Positions 1 through 11,659 of a DNA stretch of 64,000 nucleotides are shown in pieces; the first letter of the stretch is position 1; each line of letters opens with the position of its first letter. The translations under genes were made by a program, and so were the position numbers. Under the pieces are notes generated by a model that saw nothing but the letters and a program-made list of their open reading frames with translations, did not search any database and was not told the DNA's origin. Origin of the DNA: Chrysemys picta bellii (Eukaryota); the NCBI RefSeq assembly GCF_011386835.1, contig NC_088791.1:356252001-356316000 (forward strand). The letters are read 5' to 3'.

Positions 1-373
1 CATCCTGATTGCCATGTTCTTTTTCTCCCTCTGAGCCACCTGGCACTGGGCACTGTCAGAAGACAGGCTACTGGGCTACATGGACCATTGGTATTTCCCA
101 GTCTGGCCATTCTGGTCTTCTTGTTTAGACACCAGATGTATCTGCCTCCTGCTGTATCCCACTATACCCCACCCCACTCCCAGAGCTGAGATACATCCCA
201 GGACTCCTGACGGGGTCTCTCTCTCCACAGACTTAGTAACAAATTGAGAATAAACATTAAAATTTTAACACTAACCAGTGCGTCTTAAGTGACTTGCCAT
301 AAGATGTGAGAACATATTGGTTTTAGAGATGACTGGGTCATGGCTGACAAGGGGAGGGGAAGACAGGATCAAG
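1..373. repeat. Segmental-duplication fragment (spacer X, 3' flank of OR-A genes)
   Basis: Same-strand match to ~34878-35247 and ~59672-60010 (catcctgattgccatgttctttttctccctctgagcc...gacagga[t/g]caag). Confidence 0.9.
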
Positions 374-649
374 GCAGGACAACTTTTTATTTCAGAAGGT
401 TGAAAAAGCTATTGGGGAGAAGCTGTTCTAGACTTGATTTTAACAAATAGGGAGGAACTCGCTGAGAATTTGAAAGTAGAAGGCAGCCTGGGTGAAAGTG
501 ATCATGAAATCATAGAGTTTGCAATTCTAAGGAAGGGTAGAAGGGAGAACAGCAAAATAGAGACAATGGATTTCCGGAAGGCAGATTTTGGTAAGCTCAG
601 AGAGCTGATAGGTAAGGTCCCATGGGAATCAAGACTGAGGGGAAAAACA
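374..649 (+). mobile_element. CR1 LINE subfamily a, 5'-truncated piece (end of ORF2 endonuclease)
   Basis: Translates to ...[31 protein letters not shown]...[19 protein letters not shown], an APE-endonuclease C-terminus with the SDH motif. Confidence 0.85.
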
Positions 650-2076
650 GTCTAACGTCAGTACCGGGCAAATTAGTCGAAACAATAGTAAAGAATAAAA
701 TTGTCAGACACATAGAAGAACATAAATTGTTCGGCAAAAGTCAACATGGGTTCTCTAAAGAGAAATCGTGTCTGACTAATCTATTAGAGTTCTTTGAAGG
801 GGTCAACAAACATGTGGACAAGGTGGATCCAGTGGACATAGTGTACTTAGATTTCCAAAAAGCCTTTGACAAGGTCCCTCACCAAAGGCTCTTACGTAAA
901 TTAAGTTGTCATGGGATAAAAGGGAAGGTCCTTTCATGGAATGAGAACTGGTTAAAAGACCGGGAACAAAGGATAGGAATAAATGGTAAATTCTCAGAAT
1001 GGAGAGGGGTAACTAGTCGTGTTCCCCAAGGGTCAGTCCTAGGACCAATTCTATTCAACTTATTCATAAATGATCTGGAGAAAGGGGTAAGCAGTGAGGT
1101 GGCAAAGTTTGCAGATGATACTAAACTGCTCAAGATAGTTAAGATGAAAGCAGACTGTGAGGAACTTCAAAAGGATCTCACAAAACTAAGTGATTGGGCA
1201 ACAAAATGGCAAATGAAATTTAATGTGGATAAATGTAAAGTAATACACATTGGGAAAAATAACCCCAACTATACATACAATATGATGGGGCCTAATTTAG
1301 CTACAACAAAACAGGAAAAAGATCTTGGAGTCATCATGGATAGTTCAACAAGATGTTAGGAATCATTAAAAAGGGGATAGAGAATAAGTCGGAGAATATA
1401 TTAGTGTCCTTATATAAATCAATGTTATGCCCACATCTTGAATACTGCACACAGATGTAGTCCCCTCATCTCAAAAAAGATATACTGGCACTAGAAAAGG
1501 TTCAGAGAAGAGCAACTAAAATGATGAGGGGTTTGGAGAGGGTCCCATATGAGGATAGATTAAAGAGGCTAGGACTTTTCAACTTGGAAAAGAGGAGACT
1601 ACGGGGGGATATGATAGAGGTATATAAAATTATGAGTGATGTGGAAAAAGTAGAGAAGGAAAAGTTATTTACTTACTCCCATAAGACAAGAACTAGGGGT
1701 CACCAAATGAAATTAATAGGCAGCAGGTTTAAAACAAATAAAAGGAAGTTCTTCTTCACACAGCGCAGTCAACTTGTGGAATTCCTTACCTGAGGAGGTT
1801 GTGAAGGCTAGGACTATAACAGCGTTTAAAGAGAACTGGATACATTCATGGAGGTGAAGTCCATTAATGGCTGTTAGACAGGATGGGTAAGGAATGGTGT
1901 CCCTATACTCTGTTTGTCTGAGGGTGGAGATGCATAGCAGGAGAGAGATCACATGATCATTACCTGTTAAGATTACTCCCTCTGGGGCACCTGGCATTGG
2001 CCACTGTCGGTGGACAGGATACTAGGCTAGATGGACCTTAGGTCTGACCCAGTACGGCCGTTCTTATGTTCTTATG
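650..2076 (+). mobile_element. CR1 LINE subfamily b, 3' part (RT and 3' UTR)
   Basis: ORF 622-1359 has [22 protein letters not shown] and FADD; it ends in a (TTCTTATG)2 tail at 2061-2076. Paralogous to 48112-49742 (-). Confidence 0.95.
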
Positions 2077-2230
2077 AAGTCAGGACACTTGGGTTCTGTC
2101 AGACAGTCTCTGTGTGACCTTGGACATCAGTTTACTGATCAGTAAAATGGGGATGGTTCACAGTGACTTGCCTTTGCTAGGTGTTTTGAATATCCATCAC
2201 TGAAAAGTGTTATACAGTATGATGATAGTT
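2077..2230 (+). mobile_element. Ancient MIR/CORE-SINE-like fragment
   Basis: ctgtgtgaccttggaca...cagtttactgatcagtaaaatggggat resembles the MIR core. Similar pieces occur at ~25150-25330, ~47960-48111 and ~51790-51925. Confidence 0.4.
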
Positions 2231-2439
2231 ACTGATGAGAAGTACTGATCTCTGATCCCTTAGCCACAGCCCCATGTATTTCCTGTAATTGCTTGTGTCT
2301 CCTCTTAGTCCACTTTCTCCAGATCTCTCTGTCTATGATCTACACATCTATCCTGAGAATTAGGAATAATCCCTCATTTTCCTTCTCATCAACTATACTT
2401 TTTAAATACATACACACAAACGTACAGAGCAGCCAATTC

Positions 2440-2530
2440 CTCTCTGACTCAGCACAGAGCCCATGAGTTTTCATCTCCCTTTGGGAAGGTTCCTTAATTA
2501 CTGTTTACTTCTAAGGCTGGATAATTAGCA
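2440..2530 (+). promoter_or_regulatory. Candidate OR promoter motif cluster (TGACTCA, imperfect O/E-like TCCC-N3-GGGA, TAATTA x2)
   Basis: Motifs at 2445-2451, 2476-2486, 2495-2500 and 2522-2527. Most are also present at 25572-25627 and 47676-47743 (-). Function is inferred only. Confidence 0.35.
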
Positions 2531-3370
2531 GAGAAGCGGAGAGTTGCTTGTCTACAGCCTGTTTACACTCAGATCCTCCCTTCTCCTCTAGAGGCCGAGC
2601 GAACCCCACTGGGATTTCACAGAGTTATATTATAAACTGTATATAATGTGTGTCGGCTCTCAGCGTGGGATGCTGCTGCATATGCTGGGTTCAGAGAGGT
2701 GTGGGCCACGGATACCTGAGGGGGATTCCTAAGGAGACCACTTCGATCTCAGAATTCACAGGTACCCATCTCTTGATGAGGAGTTCACATGATTGACAAA
2801 CCCTGTGCACATGGGTGTGGTTGAATAGAGAGTAAGTCTGTGGTCTCTTCCACTCTGCACATCCATGAAACATCCTGGGACCCTTGCCATAAGTGATGAG
2901 TTTGCTAAAGAATCACTGGACAATTTGTCACTGATTACTGTGCACCGCTGCGCATCCTGCCTGATGGACTGCAGCCCCAAGGAGATGCAGTTCAGTGGCA
3001 CAGTCAATCTTTCAGGATGAAAGATGTTAGTAGATATGCAATACAAGGCCAAATTCTGAGACCATGGCCCGTGCTTTGCTCAGGCCCAGTGAAGCAAAAC
3101 TCCCCATGGAGAAAGAACTGAGTACCGATGTCAGGAGTCAACTGTGTGTTAATGCACAGACACTGTCACCCCCTCCTCTTGCATTTCAGGACTCTGTCTG
3201 TTAATAAGGCAGGGGGACAGGGGCTTTTACCTGACTTTTATCTGCTGGAAAGATTAGAGGTGCTAGGGCTCCGAACGAGAACAATAATGAGCATTTTTCA
3301 ACATGGGTAACACATACTTTCTCCTAGCTTCATTCAAGAAGTTGGCTGAACTGTTATGCTTGAAACTTTC

Positions 3371-3396
3371 AAAAAAAAAAAAAAAAAAAAAAAAAA
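3371..3396 (+). repeat. Poly(A) run, 26 nt
   Basis: Directly visible. The paralogous run at 44669-44677 is only 9 T. Confidence 0.95.
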
Positions 3397-3914
3397 CAAT
3401 TCTGCTCAAAGGAGACACCCAGCTTGGGACATTTCAGGCCAAACAACTAAAATCTGGCAAACTTATAAGCAACTGGAAATGAGGTCGTCTAATGGAAGGT
3501 GTCAGACAGCCTTACCTACAGGTGATTCCACCAGCACCGCCTACAATGGCCAATCCATTTGTGAATCCCATTCTTCTATGCTCTTTGCGCCAATAATATT
3601 GGTAGCAAGGAGTTCTATAGGGCAAATATGAATTACAGTAGCAATTACCTTTTCTCGATGTTATATGTTCAGATGACTTTCAATTTAACTAAATGTTCCT
3701 GTGTTCATGTTATGAGACACATTAAATAGAAATGCCTGATCTACTTTCTTTATCAATAGATCCATAGGGTTTAAGGTCAGAAGGGACCATTTGATGATCC
3801 AGTCTGACCTCCCGTAAAACACAGGCCCATTAAATTTCACTCAATTTCCTCTGGATTGAGCCAAAAGACTTGTGTGTGACTAAGGTCGGGTCTACACTAG
3901 GATTTTACATCATA

Positions 3915-6300
3915 GATTGGTAGAGCCATAGAGTTATAAGGGAACGCAAAGGACAGCTAGTCTATCCCTCTGACATGATGTTGGATTTCTTTTGTCTTAA
4001 TCATCTAAGACTGATGGCTATTCACAGGTCTGTGAAAAACTTCCATAGTGGGAGCTTCCATGACTTCCCTGGGAGTCTGTTCAATTGGGCTCCTGTAGTT
4101 AAAGTTAGGAAGATTTTCCTGAAATTTAATGTATATCTTCTATGCTGCAATTTGAACCCACTGCCTCTTGTCCTGGCTTTCTGTGGTAAGACAGAATAAC
4201 TTTCCTCTACCTTTTTATGGCCGCTTTCAAGTGTTTGAAGACCACTATCATGTGCCCCATTAATCTCCTCTCTTCCAAATAAACATACTGGTTCCTTTGG
4301 CTTGCTCATAGAGCTTGCATTCCATCCCTTGTGTAACATTTGTTACTTGCCTATAGATCATTTCCAGCTTCTCTACATTCTTTTCATACATTGGTGAGCA
4401 AAATTGGACACATTACTCCAATTGAGACCTAACCCACACCGAGTAGAGGAATACTAGCACGTACCATGACTTGCATGTTATAATTCTGGTAATATAACAA
4501 AACATAGTATTTGCCTTTTTTGAAACATTTTTCCTAATGTCCAACCTAAACCTCCCTTGCTGCAATTTAAGTCCATTGCTTCTTGGCTTCTCTTCAGAGG
4601 TTAAGGAGAACACTGTTTTTCTCTCCTTGTAACAACCTTTTAGGTGTTTGAACAGTTATCATGTCCTCCTTCAGTGTTCTCTTATTCAGACTAAATAAAC
4701 CTAGATCTTTCAGTCTTCCCTCAGAGGTCGTGTTTTGAAGACTCCCAATCATCCTTTTCTGACGATCACTTATCACTTTATTATCTTCTAGATGTTTGCA
4801 AATTAATTCCTTAATAAATTGCTACATTTTCTTACCTGGTACAGAAGTTAAGCTGACTGGTCTGTTATTGCCTGGGTTTCCCTTATTCCTTTTTATAAAT
4901 AGGCACTATATGTGCTCTTTTCCAGTCTTCCGGAATCTCCAATGTGTCCCATGACTTTTCAAAGATAATAGCTAATGGCTCAGATATCTTCTCAGTCAGT
5001 TCCTTAGGAATATGCTAGGATGCATTTTCTCAGGCCATGGTGACTTCAAGACATCTAACTTTTCCAAGTAACTTTTAACTTCTTCTTTCCATATTTTAGC
5101 ATCTGAAACTACCCCATTTTCACTGGCATTCTCTATGTTAGGTGTCCAAACATCACCAACATTCTTGGTGAAAACTAAATGAACTATGGTTTATCATCCT
5201 CCTTGCTAAATATTTGGCCCTAATTTCGAGCTGGAATTTGCCTGGATTCAGCTTCCAGCCCTTACGTCTTGCTCAGCCTTTGTCTGGTAGATTACAGAGC
5301 CCATTATTACCCCTGATTTTCTCCCCATGAAACTGTCCGCTTGATCATCTTTTTGATAAGTTAAAGAGATATACACCTTCAAGTCTAACAATCCGGCTTT
5401 TTCTCTATCCTCCAAAAAAATTTCTGGCTCTTTTCTGCACCTTCTCTAAGTTTTCAACATGTTTTTTCAAATGTGGACCCCAGAACTGGATGCAGTTTAT
5501 TTCACCAATCGCATGTGAAGAGGTCAAATCCTTCCCCTGCCCCAACTAACCAACTCAATATTTTCTCCTACTAAATCAAATGACTCTGAGAAATCAAGGT
5601 ACGTTGCATCTGCACTGTTCCCTTGATCCTCCAAATGTGAATCTGTGATCAACCAATGTGTACTCTCATAAAAGGATGAAATCAGGTTTATTTGACAAGA
5701 TCTGTCTTGCCTGTTGGTGATTGGCATTACTTACATTTCTAGATTTTTCTTTAAACTCATCCCATACCAGGTTTTACATTTTTTCTTAACCTTGTCAATT
5801 CTTTTATAAAAGAAACCTTTCCCTTTATTTTTTAATACTTTACATTTAACACAGGAATTGACATAAATCTTGTCTAGGATTTCATTTGTTCTTAATATAC
5901 ATAATAACCTCCTTTTTGTAATCCATAGCCCTGACAAACTTGGAGTTTTCCCTGATGTCTTAATGTTCCTGATACATTTTTTTAACTTCCGATTTCTATT
6001 GTTGGCTCGCTATTTTCCAGTTTTCCTCTTTGTTACATATTGCTTCCCTCCCCCTAAATGCTGCCGTCACTTTACCACTAAACTGAGTTTGTACCAAAAG
6101 TTGTTCACTTTGTTGACTCTGGAATCATGAGTTTTCCAATATGTAATAAACTGTTATCAAAGAATTACCAATATTCATTCATATTTTTTGTCTAAATTTT
6201 CCCTCCCTATCAATGTTGCTGATAATTTTCCTGAGTTTTGGGGAATTAGTCGTCTTGGAGCACCTAGTGTCTATCGATAGTACTGGTTGGGAACTGTCCA
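3915..6300 (-). mobile_element. Mosaic of old degraded CR1 fragments
   Basis: Short ORF remnants such as [42 protein letters not shown] and ADATYLDFSESFD. Duplicated inverted at ~40830-44110 and ~62060-63523. Confidence 0.75.
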
Positions 6301-6924
6301 TCTGAATGTAAATCAGTTTCATTTTTAATTTTCCTCTCTTATATCATGTGGTCTCTTCTTTGTCTCTTGTGTGAACTAAAGAATCCCAGACATTTCTATC
6401 CTTAGTAGAGAGTGACCAAAACTGAGCACATATCCCGAACATACCGTATCTTAGAAATCTGAACATTGTTTTGTTTTGTCCACTGCGGCGAATGTGCAGG
6501 TGTTTCTCTTGAGGTGCTATCAATGGCGCCCAGGTCTTTTCCCTGAGGTGTGTTCTAATTGGGATGCTTCTTTCAGCACATGTCTTCGCAAAAGTTTGTT
6601 TTTTCCCCTCTCTAATTTTGAGCAACTGGATGAATGGGGAACTCCCTTCAATATAGACTCTCTATCCTAGCTTGCATTAAGGAGCTATGATGGATAACCA
6701 GTATCCACACTTGTGTTTCCTGCTGGTGCCTCTTAAGGTCCCCCCACCAAAAAGTGTAGAAAATATTAATTCAGGGAGCACAACAAAAATATGGAATTGG
6801 ATTTAGTAGGGTCATTGTTCATAGTTATTTTCTCAGAATAATGAAAATGTCATAAATCAGTGTGTGAAGAGTGATCAATCTGGTTCTCCCATGTGAACAG
6901 CCTCCACTACTGCATGCAGTGTCT

Positions 6925-6950
6925 CATATTAACGTTGTCTCTCCATTCAG
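6925..6950 (+). promoter_or_regulatory. Predicted 3' splice acceptor of the OR coding exon
   Basis: Branch-like TTAAC, then pyrimidine tract, then CAG|G at 6948-6951. Equivalent sites lie upstream of B1 (30314), A2 (40173) and A3 (61394). OR genes typically have non-coding 5' exons. Confidence 0.55.
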
Positions 6951-7055
6951 GCATTTCTACTGTGACCATCACCCAAGATCCTGGGAACACACAAAAACTC
7001 AGGGGAACAGAGGACATCCTTATGCCTCAGAGTTGGACACTTTCTCTCCTACGCT

Positions 7056-8003
7056 ATGTCAGATTCGAACACAACCAACTTCACCAACCCCTCCATGTTC
7101 ATCCTACTTGGCATTCCTGGCCTAGAGGCAGCCCGTCTCTGGATCTCCATCCCGTTCTGCATTATGTACGCCATAGCCGTGTTGGGGAACTTCACCATCC
7201 TGTTTATCGTGAAGAGGGAGCCAAGCCTCCATGGACCCATGTTCTATTTCCTCTGTATGCTGGCCATCACCGACCTGGTCATGTCCACATCCACCATACC
7301 CAAAATGCTGAGCATCTTTTGGTTCAATTCCAGGGAGATCAGTTTCAGTGCCTGCCTCACCCAGATGTATTTCGTTCTCTCCTTCTCTGGGATGGAGTCT
7401 GGAATCCTCGTGGCCATGGCTTTTGATCGCTACGTGGCCATCTGCAATCCTCTGAGGTATTCCACAATCCTGACAAACTCTGCTGTGGCCAAGATAGGCC
7501 TGGCTGTGGTGCTGCGCAGTGGCATACTTGCATTACCTTATCCCTTCCTGGCCATGCGGTGGCCATATTGCAGAACCAACATTATCCCCCACTTCTATTG
7601 TGGGCATATAGCTGTGGTGAAGCTGGCCTGTGGTGACATCCGCATCAGTAGTTACTATGGCCTGTTTGATCTTTTTTCTCAGATTGGAATGGACGTGTTT
7701 TTTATTTCCATGTCCTATACTCTGATCCTCCGGGCCATCTTCCGCCTCCCCACAAAGGATGCCCGGCTCAAAACTTTTGGGACCTGCATCTCTCATGTTT
7801 CTGCCATCTTAGCTTTGTATGTCCCAGATTTCTTGTCCTCCCTCATTCATAGGTTTGGCCACAATGTGCCACTGCACTTCCTTCTTCTCATTACCAGTCT
7901 GTACTACCTGGTGCCCCCTGTGCTACACCCCATCATTTATGGGGTGAGGACCAAACAGATCCGGGACAGGCTGCTCCAGCTCTTTACTCATAAATGGACC
8001 TAA
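7056..8003 (+). CDS. Olfactory receptor, class I OR52-like (A1), intact, 315 aa
   Basis: Motifs FILLGIPGLE, LHGPMFYFL, MAFDRYVAICNPLRY, KTFGTCISH and [12 protein letters not shown]; seven hydrophobic segments; no stops. Confidence 0.96.
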   Translation: MSDSNTTNFTNPSMFILLGIPGLEAARLWISIPFCIMYAIAVLGNFTILFIVKREPSLHGPMFYFLCMLAITDLVMSTSTIPKMLSIFWFNSREISFSACLTQMYFVLSFSGMESGILVAMAFDRYVAICNPLRYSTILTNSAVAKIGLAVVLRSGILALPYPFLAMRWPYCRTNIIPHFYCGHIAVVKLACGDIRISSYYGLFDLFSQIGMDVFFISMSYTLILRAIFRLPTKDARLKTFGTCISHVSAILALYVPDFLSSLIHRFGHNVPLHFLLLITSLYYLVPPVLHPIIYGVRTKQIRDRLLQLFTHKWT

Positions 8004-8306
8004 ATGTTTTCTCCTTGTGCTCTGGCTCTCAGATTGAGCTCTGTGCAGAGCTGGCTGGTCCATGGTGCTGGGGCCTCTTCCCTGAACCACTTACTGGACA
8101 GGCAGAGAGACATTAAACCCTTTTGTGCCCTTACTGAGCTGTGTCAATGTGATGAACTGGGGAGTCAGTCTATGTACACTACACTGGGTTGCCACCTTTC
8201 TAATTGCTGGTAGCTGGATCCCTGGAATTGCAATCTTGCCCCATCTCTTCTGTCAACCCTCGACCCTGCTGTGTGTCTTCGCCCCAAGGCCCTGCCCTTG
8301 TCACTT

Positions 8307-9503
8307 AGATTCATAGATTCTAGTATTGGAAGGGACCTCGAGAAGTCATCGAGTCCAGTTCCCTGCCCGCATACTGTCTAGACCATCCCTGATAGACATT
8401 TATCTAACCTACTCTTAAATATCTCCAGAGATGGAGATTCCACAACCTCCCTAGGCAATTTATTCCAGTGTTTAACCACCCTGACAGTTAGGAACTTTTT
8501 CCTAATGTCCAACCTAGACCTCCCTTGCTGCAGTTTAAACCCATTGCTTCTGGTTCTATCCTTAGAGGCTAAAGTGAACAAGTTTTCTCCCTCCTCCTTA
8601 TGACACCCTTTTAAATACCTGAAAACTGCTATCATGTTCCCTCTCAGTGTTCTCTTTTCCAAAATAAACAAACCCAATTCTTTCAGCCTTCCTTCATAGG
8701 TCATGTTCTCAAGATGTTTAATCATTCTTGTTGCTCTTCTCTGGACCCTTTCCAATTTCTCCACATCTTTTTTGAAATGTGGTGCCCAGAACTGGACACA
8801 ATACTCCAGCTGAGGCCTAACCAGAGCAGAGTAGAGTGGAAGAATGACTTCTCGTGTCTTGCTCACAACACACCTGTTAATAACACCCCAGAATCATGCT
8901 TGCTTTTTTTGCAACAGCATCACACTGTTGAGTCATATTTAGCTTGTTTTCCACTATAACCCCTAGATCCCTTTCTGCCATACTCCTTCCTAGACAGTCT
9001 CTTCCCATTCTGTATGTGTGAAACTGATTTTTTCTTCCTAAGTGGAGCACTTTGCATTTGTCTTTGTTAAACTTCATCCTGTTTAACTCAGACCATTTCT
9101 CCAATTTGTCCAGATCATTTTGAATTATGACCCTGTCCCCCAGAGCAGTTGCAATCACTCCCAGTTTGGGATCATCAGCAAACTTAATAAGCTACTTTCT
9201 ATGCCAATATCTAAGTCGTTGATGAAGATATTGAACAGATCCGGTCCCAAAACAGACCCCTGCGGTACCCCACTCGTTATGCCTTTCCAGCAGGATTGGG
9301 AACCATTAATAACAACTCTCTGAGTACGGTTATCCAGACAGTTATGCACCCACCTTATAGTAGCCCCATCTAAATTGTATTTGCCTAGTTTATCGATAAG
9401 AATATCATGCGAGACCGTATCAAATGCCTTACTAAAGTCTAGGTATACCACATCCACAGCTTCTCCCTTATCCACAAGGCTCGTTATCCTATCAAAGAAA
9501 GCT
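8307..9503 (-). mobile_element. CR1 LINE subfamily a, 3' part (RT and tail)
   Basis: ORFs 9155-9508, 8877-9158 and 8378-8866 ([33 protein letters not shown]); tail agattcatagattc at 8307. Confidence 0.92.
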
Positions 9504-11241
9504 TGCATCTTGCAGGGATTTCACTTTAGTCATTGTACCTTTTAATTTCTATTTAACTAACCCCCTCATTTTTGTATAGTTCCCCCTTTTTGAAATTAAA
9601 TGCCACAGTGTTGGGCTGTTGAGATGTTTTTCCCACCACAGGGATGTTGAATGCTATTGTATTATGGTCACTATTTCCAAGCGGTCCTGTTATGGTTACT
9701 TCTTGGACCAGCTCCTGCGCTCCACTCAGGATTAAATTGAGAATTGCATCTCCTCTTTTGGGTTCCTGTACCAGCTGCTCCAAGAAGCAGTCATTTAAAG
9801 TATCGAGAAATTTTTTCTCTGCATTTCGTCCTGAGGTGACATATTCCCAGTCAATATGGGGATAATTGAAATCCCCCACTATTCTTGAGTTCTTTATTTT
9901 GATAGCCTCTCTAATTTCCCTTAGCATGTCATCATCACTATCACTGTCCTGGTCAGGTGGTCTATAATAGATCCCTAATGTTATATTCTTATTAGAGCAT
10001 GAAATTACTATCCATAGAGATTCTATGGAACATGTGGATTCACTTAAGATTTTTACTTCATTTGATTCTACATTTTCTTTCACATATAGTGCCACTCCCC
10101 CCTCCCCTGCACGACCTGTTCTGTCCTTCCCATATATTTTGTATCCCAGAATGATTGTGTCCCATTGATTGTCCTCAGTCCACCAGGTTTCTGTGATGCC
10201 TATTATATCAATATCCTCCTTTAACGGGGGCACTCTAGTTCACCCATCTTATTATTTAAACTTCTAGCATTTGTGTACAAGCACGTTAAAAACTTGTCAC
10301 TGTTTATTTATCTGCCCTTTTCTGATGTGTCAGATTCTTTATGTGACTGTTTCTCGTCTGATCTGACCCTTACATTATCCTCTTCCATCCTCTGCTCCTG
10401 ACTATAACCTAGAGAATCTCTATCAATAGACTCTCCTCTAAGAGAAGTATCTGTCCGATCCACATGCTCCTCTGCAGCAGTCGGCTTTCCCCCATCTCCT
10501 AGTTTAAAAACTGGTCTATATTCTTTTTAATGTTTAGTGCCAGCAGTCTGGTTCCACTTTGGTTTAGGTGGAGCCCATCTCTCCTCTATAGGGTCCCCCC
10601 ATCCCAAAAGTTTCCCCAGTTCCTAATGAATCTAAACCCCTCCTCTCTACACCATCGTCTCATCCACGCATTGAGACTCTGAAGCTCTGCCTGCCTACCT
10701 GGCCCTGTGCGTGGAACTGGGAGCATTTCGGAGAATGCCACCATAGAGGTCCTGGATTTCAGTCTCTTCCCTAGCAGCCTAAATTTGGCCTCCAGGACAA
10801 CTCTCCTACCCTTCCCTGTGTCATTGGTACCTACCTGTACCACAACCACCGGCTCCTCCCCAGCACTACACATAAGTCTGTCTAGATTCCTCGAGAGATC
10901 CGCAACCTTCGCACCAGACAGGCAAGTCACCATACGATTCTATTGGTCATCACAAACCCAGCTATTTGTGTTTCTAATGATTGAATCTCCCATTACTAAC
11001 ACCTCCCTTTTCCTAGTAACTGGAGTATCCTCCCCCGGCGAGGTAACCTCAGTGTGAGAGGATACCCCAACACCATCTGCAAGGAGGGTCCCAACTATGG
11101 GAAGGTTTCCCTCTGCTCCCGTTGACTGCTCTGCTTCCCTGGGCCTTTCATCCTCCTCAACAGCACAGGGGCTGTCTGACCGGAGGTGGGATAATTCTAC
11201 AGTGTCCCGGAAACCCTCATCAACATACCTCTCTTCCTCCC
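9504..11241 (-). mobile_element. CR1 LINE subfamily b, 5' part (ORF1 esterase and ORF2 endonuclease)
   Basis: ORF 9553-10233 (GITETWW, GIYYRPP, GDFNYPHIDW, NSDH) is near-identical to 50509-51309. ORF 10586-10933 has the SGNH-like VVVQVGTND motif of CR1 ORF1. Confidence 0.92.
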
Positions 11242-11659
11242 TGTGATGGAGCAGGGAGCAGGGTGTATTTGACCTGGGAATGGAGCCTGGGAGTTACTTT
11301 GAGCTACCTGAGCTGTAACCTGAGCCAGGAGGGGGGTGGGAGAAGTGACATCTTCTGCCCAGGAGACTGAACAAAGGAGAGGAGAAGCAGAGGGGAGGGG
11401 GGAGAGAGCTGCTGGAGGGTTTTGGGAGTTCTTCAGTTTTGGGCTGGTAGGTGCAACACAGGGAACCCCCAGCTGGGGTCTAAGCTCCCTGCGCTCCCCA
11501 AGAGGACTTGATTGAGGGGTCCTGGATGTATCTACAAGCTCTGCTGTAGACTGTGTTCCTGTTATCCAATAAACCTTCCGCTTTACTGGCTGGCTGAGAG
11601 TCACGGTGAATCGCAGAAAGCCGGGGGTACAGGCCCTGAGTCCTCCACACTCCGCAACA
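11242..11659 (+). mobile_element. 5' LTR of outer Gypsy (Gmr1-like) element
   Basis: TG...CA ends and AATAAA at ~11569; followed by tggtgttagcggtgggat (11662-11679), similar to a tRNA-Leu PBS. No partner LTR found, so the boundaries are inferred. Confidence 0.7.

Noticed and set aside
6871-7796. Overlapping and antisense ORFs around each OR (e.g. 6893-7426, 39685-40209, 60905-61333)
   Set aside because: Shadow frames of the OR codon pattern, repeated only because the ORs are duplicated.
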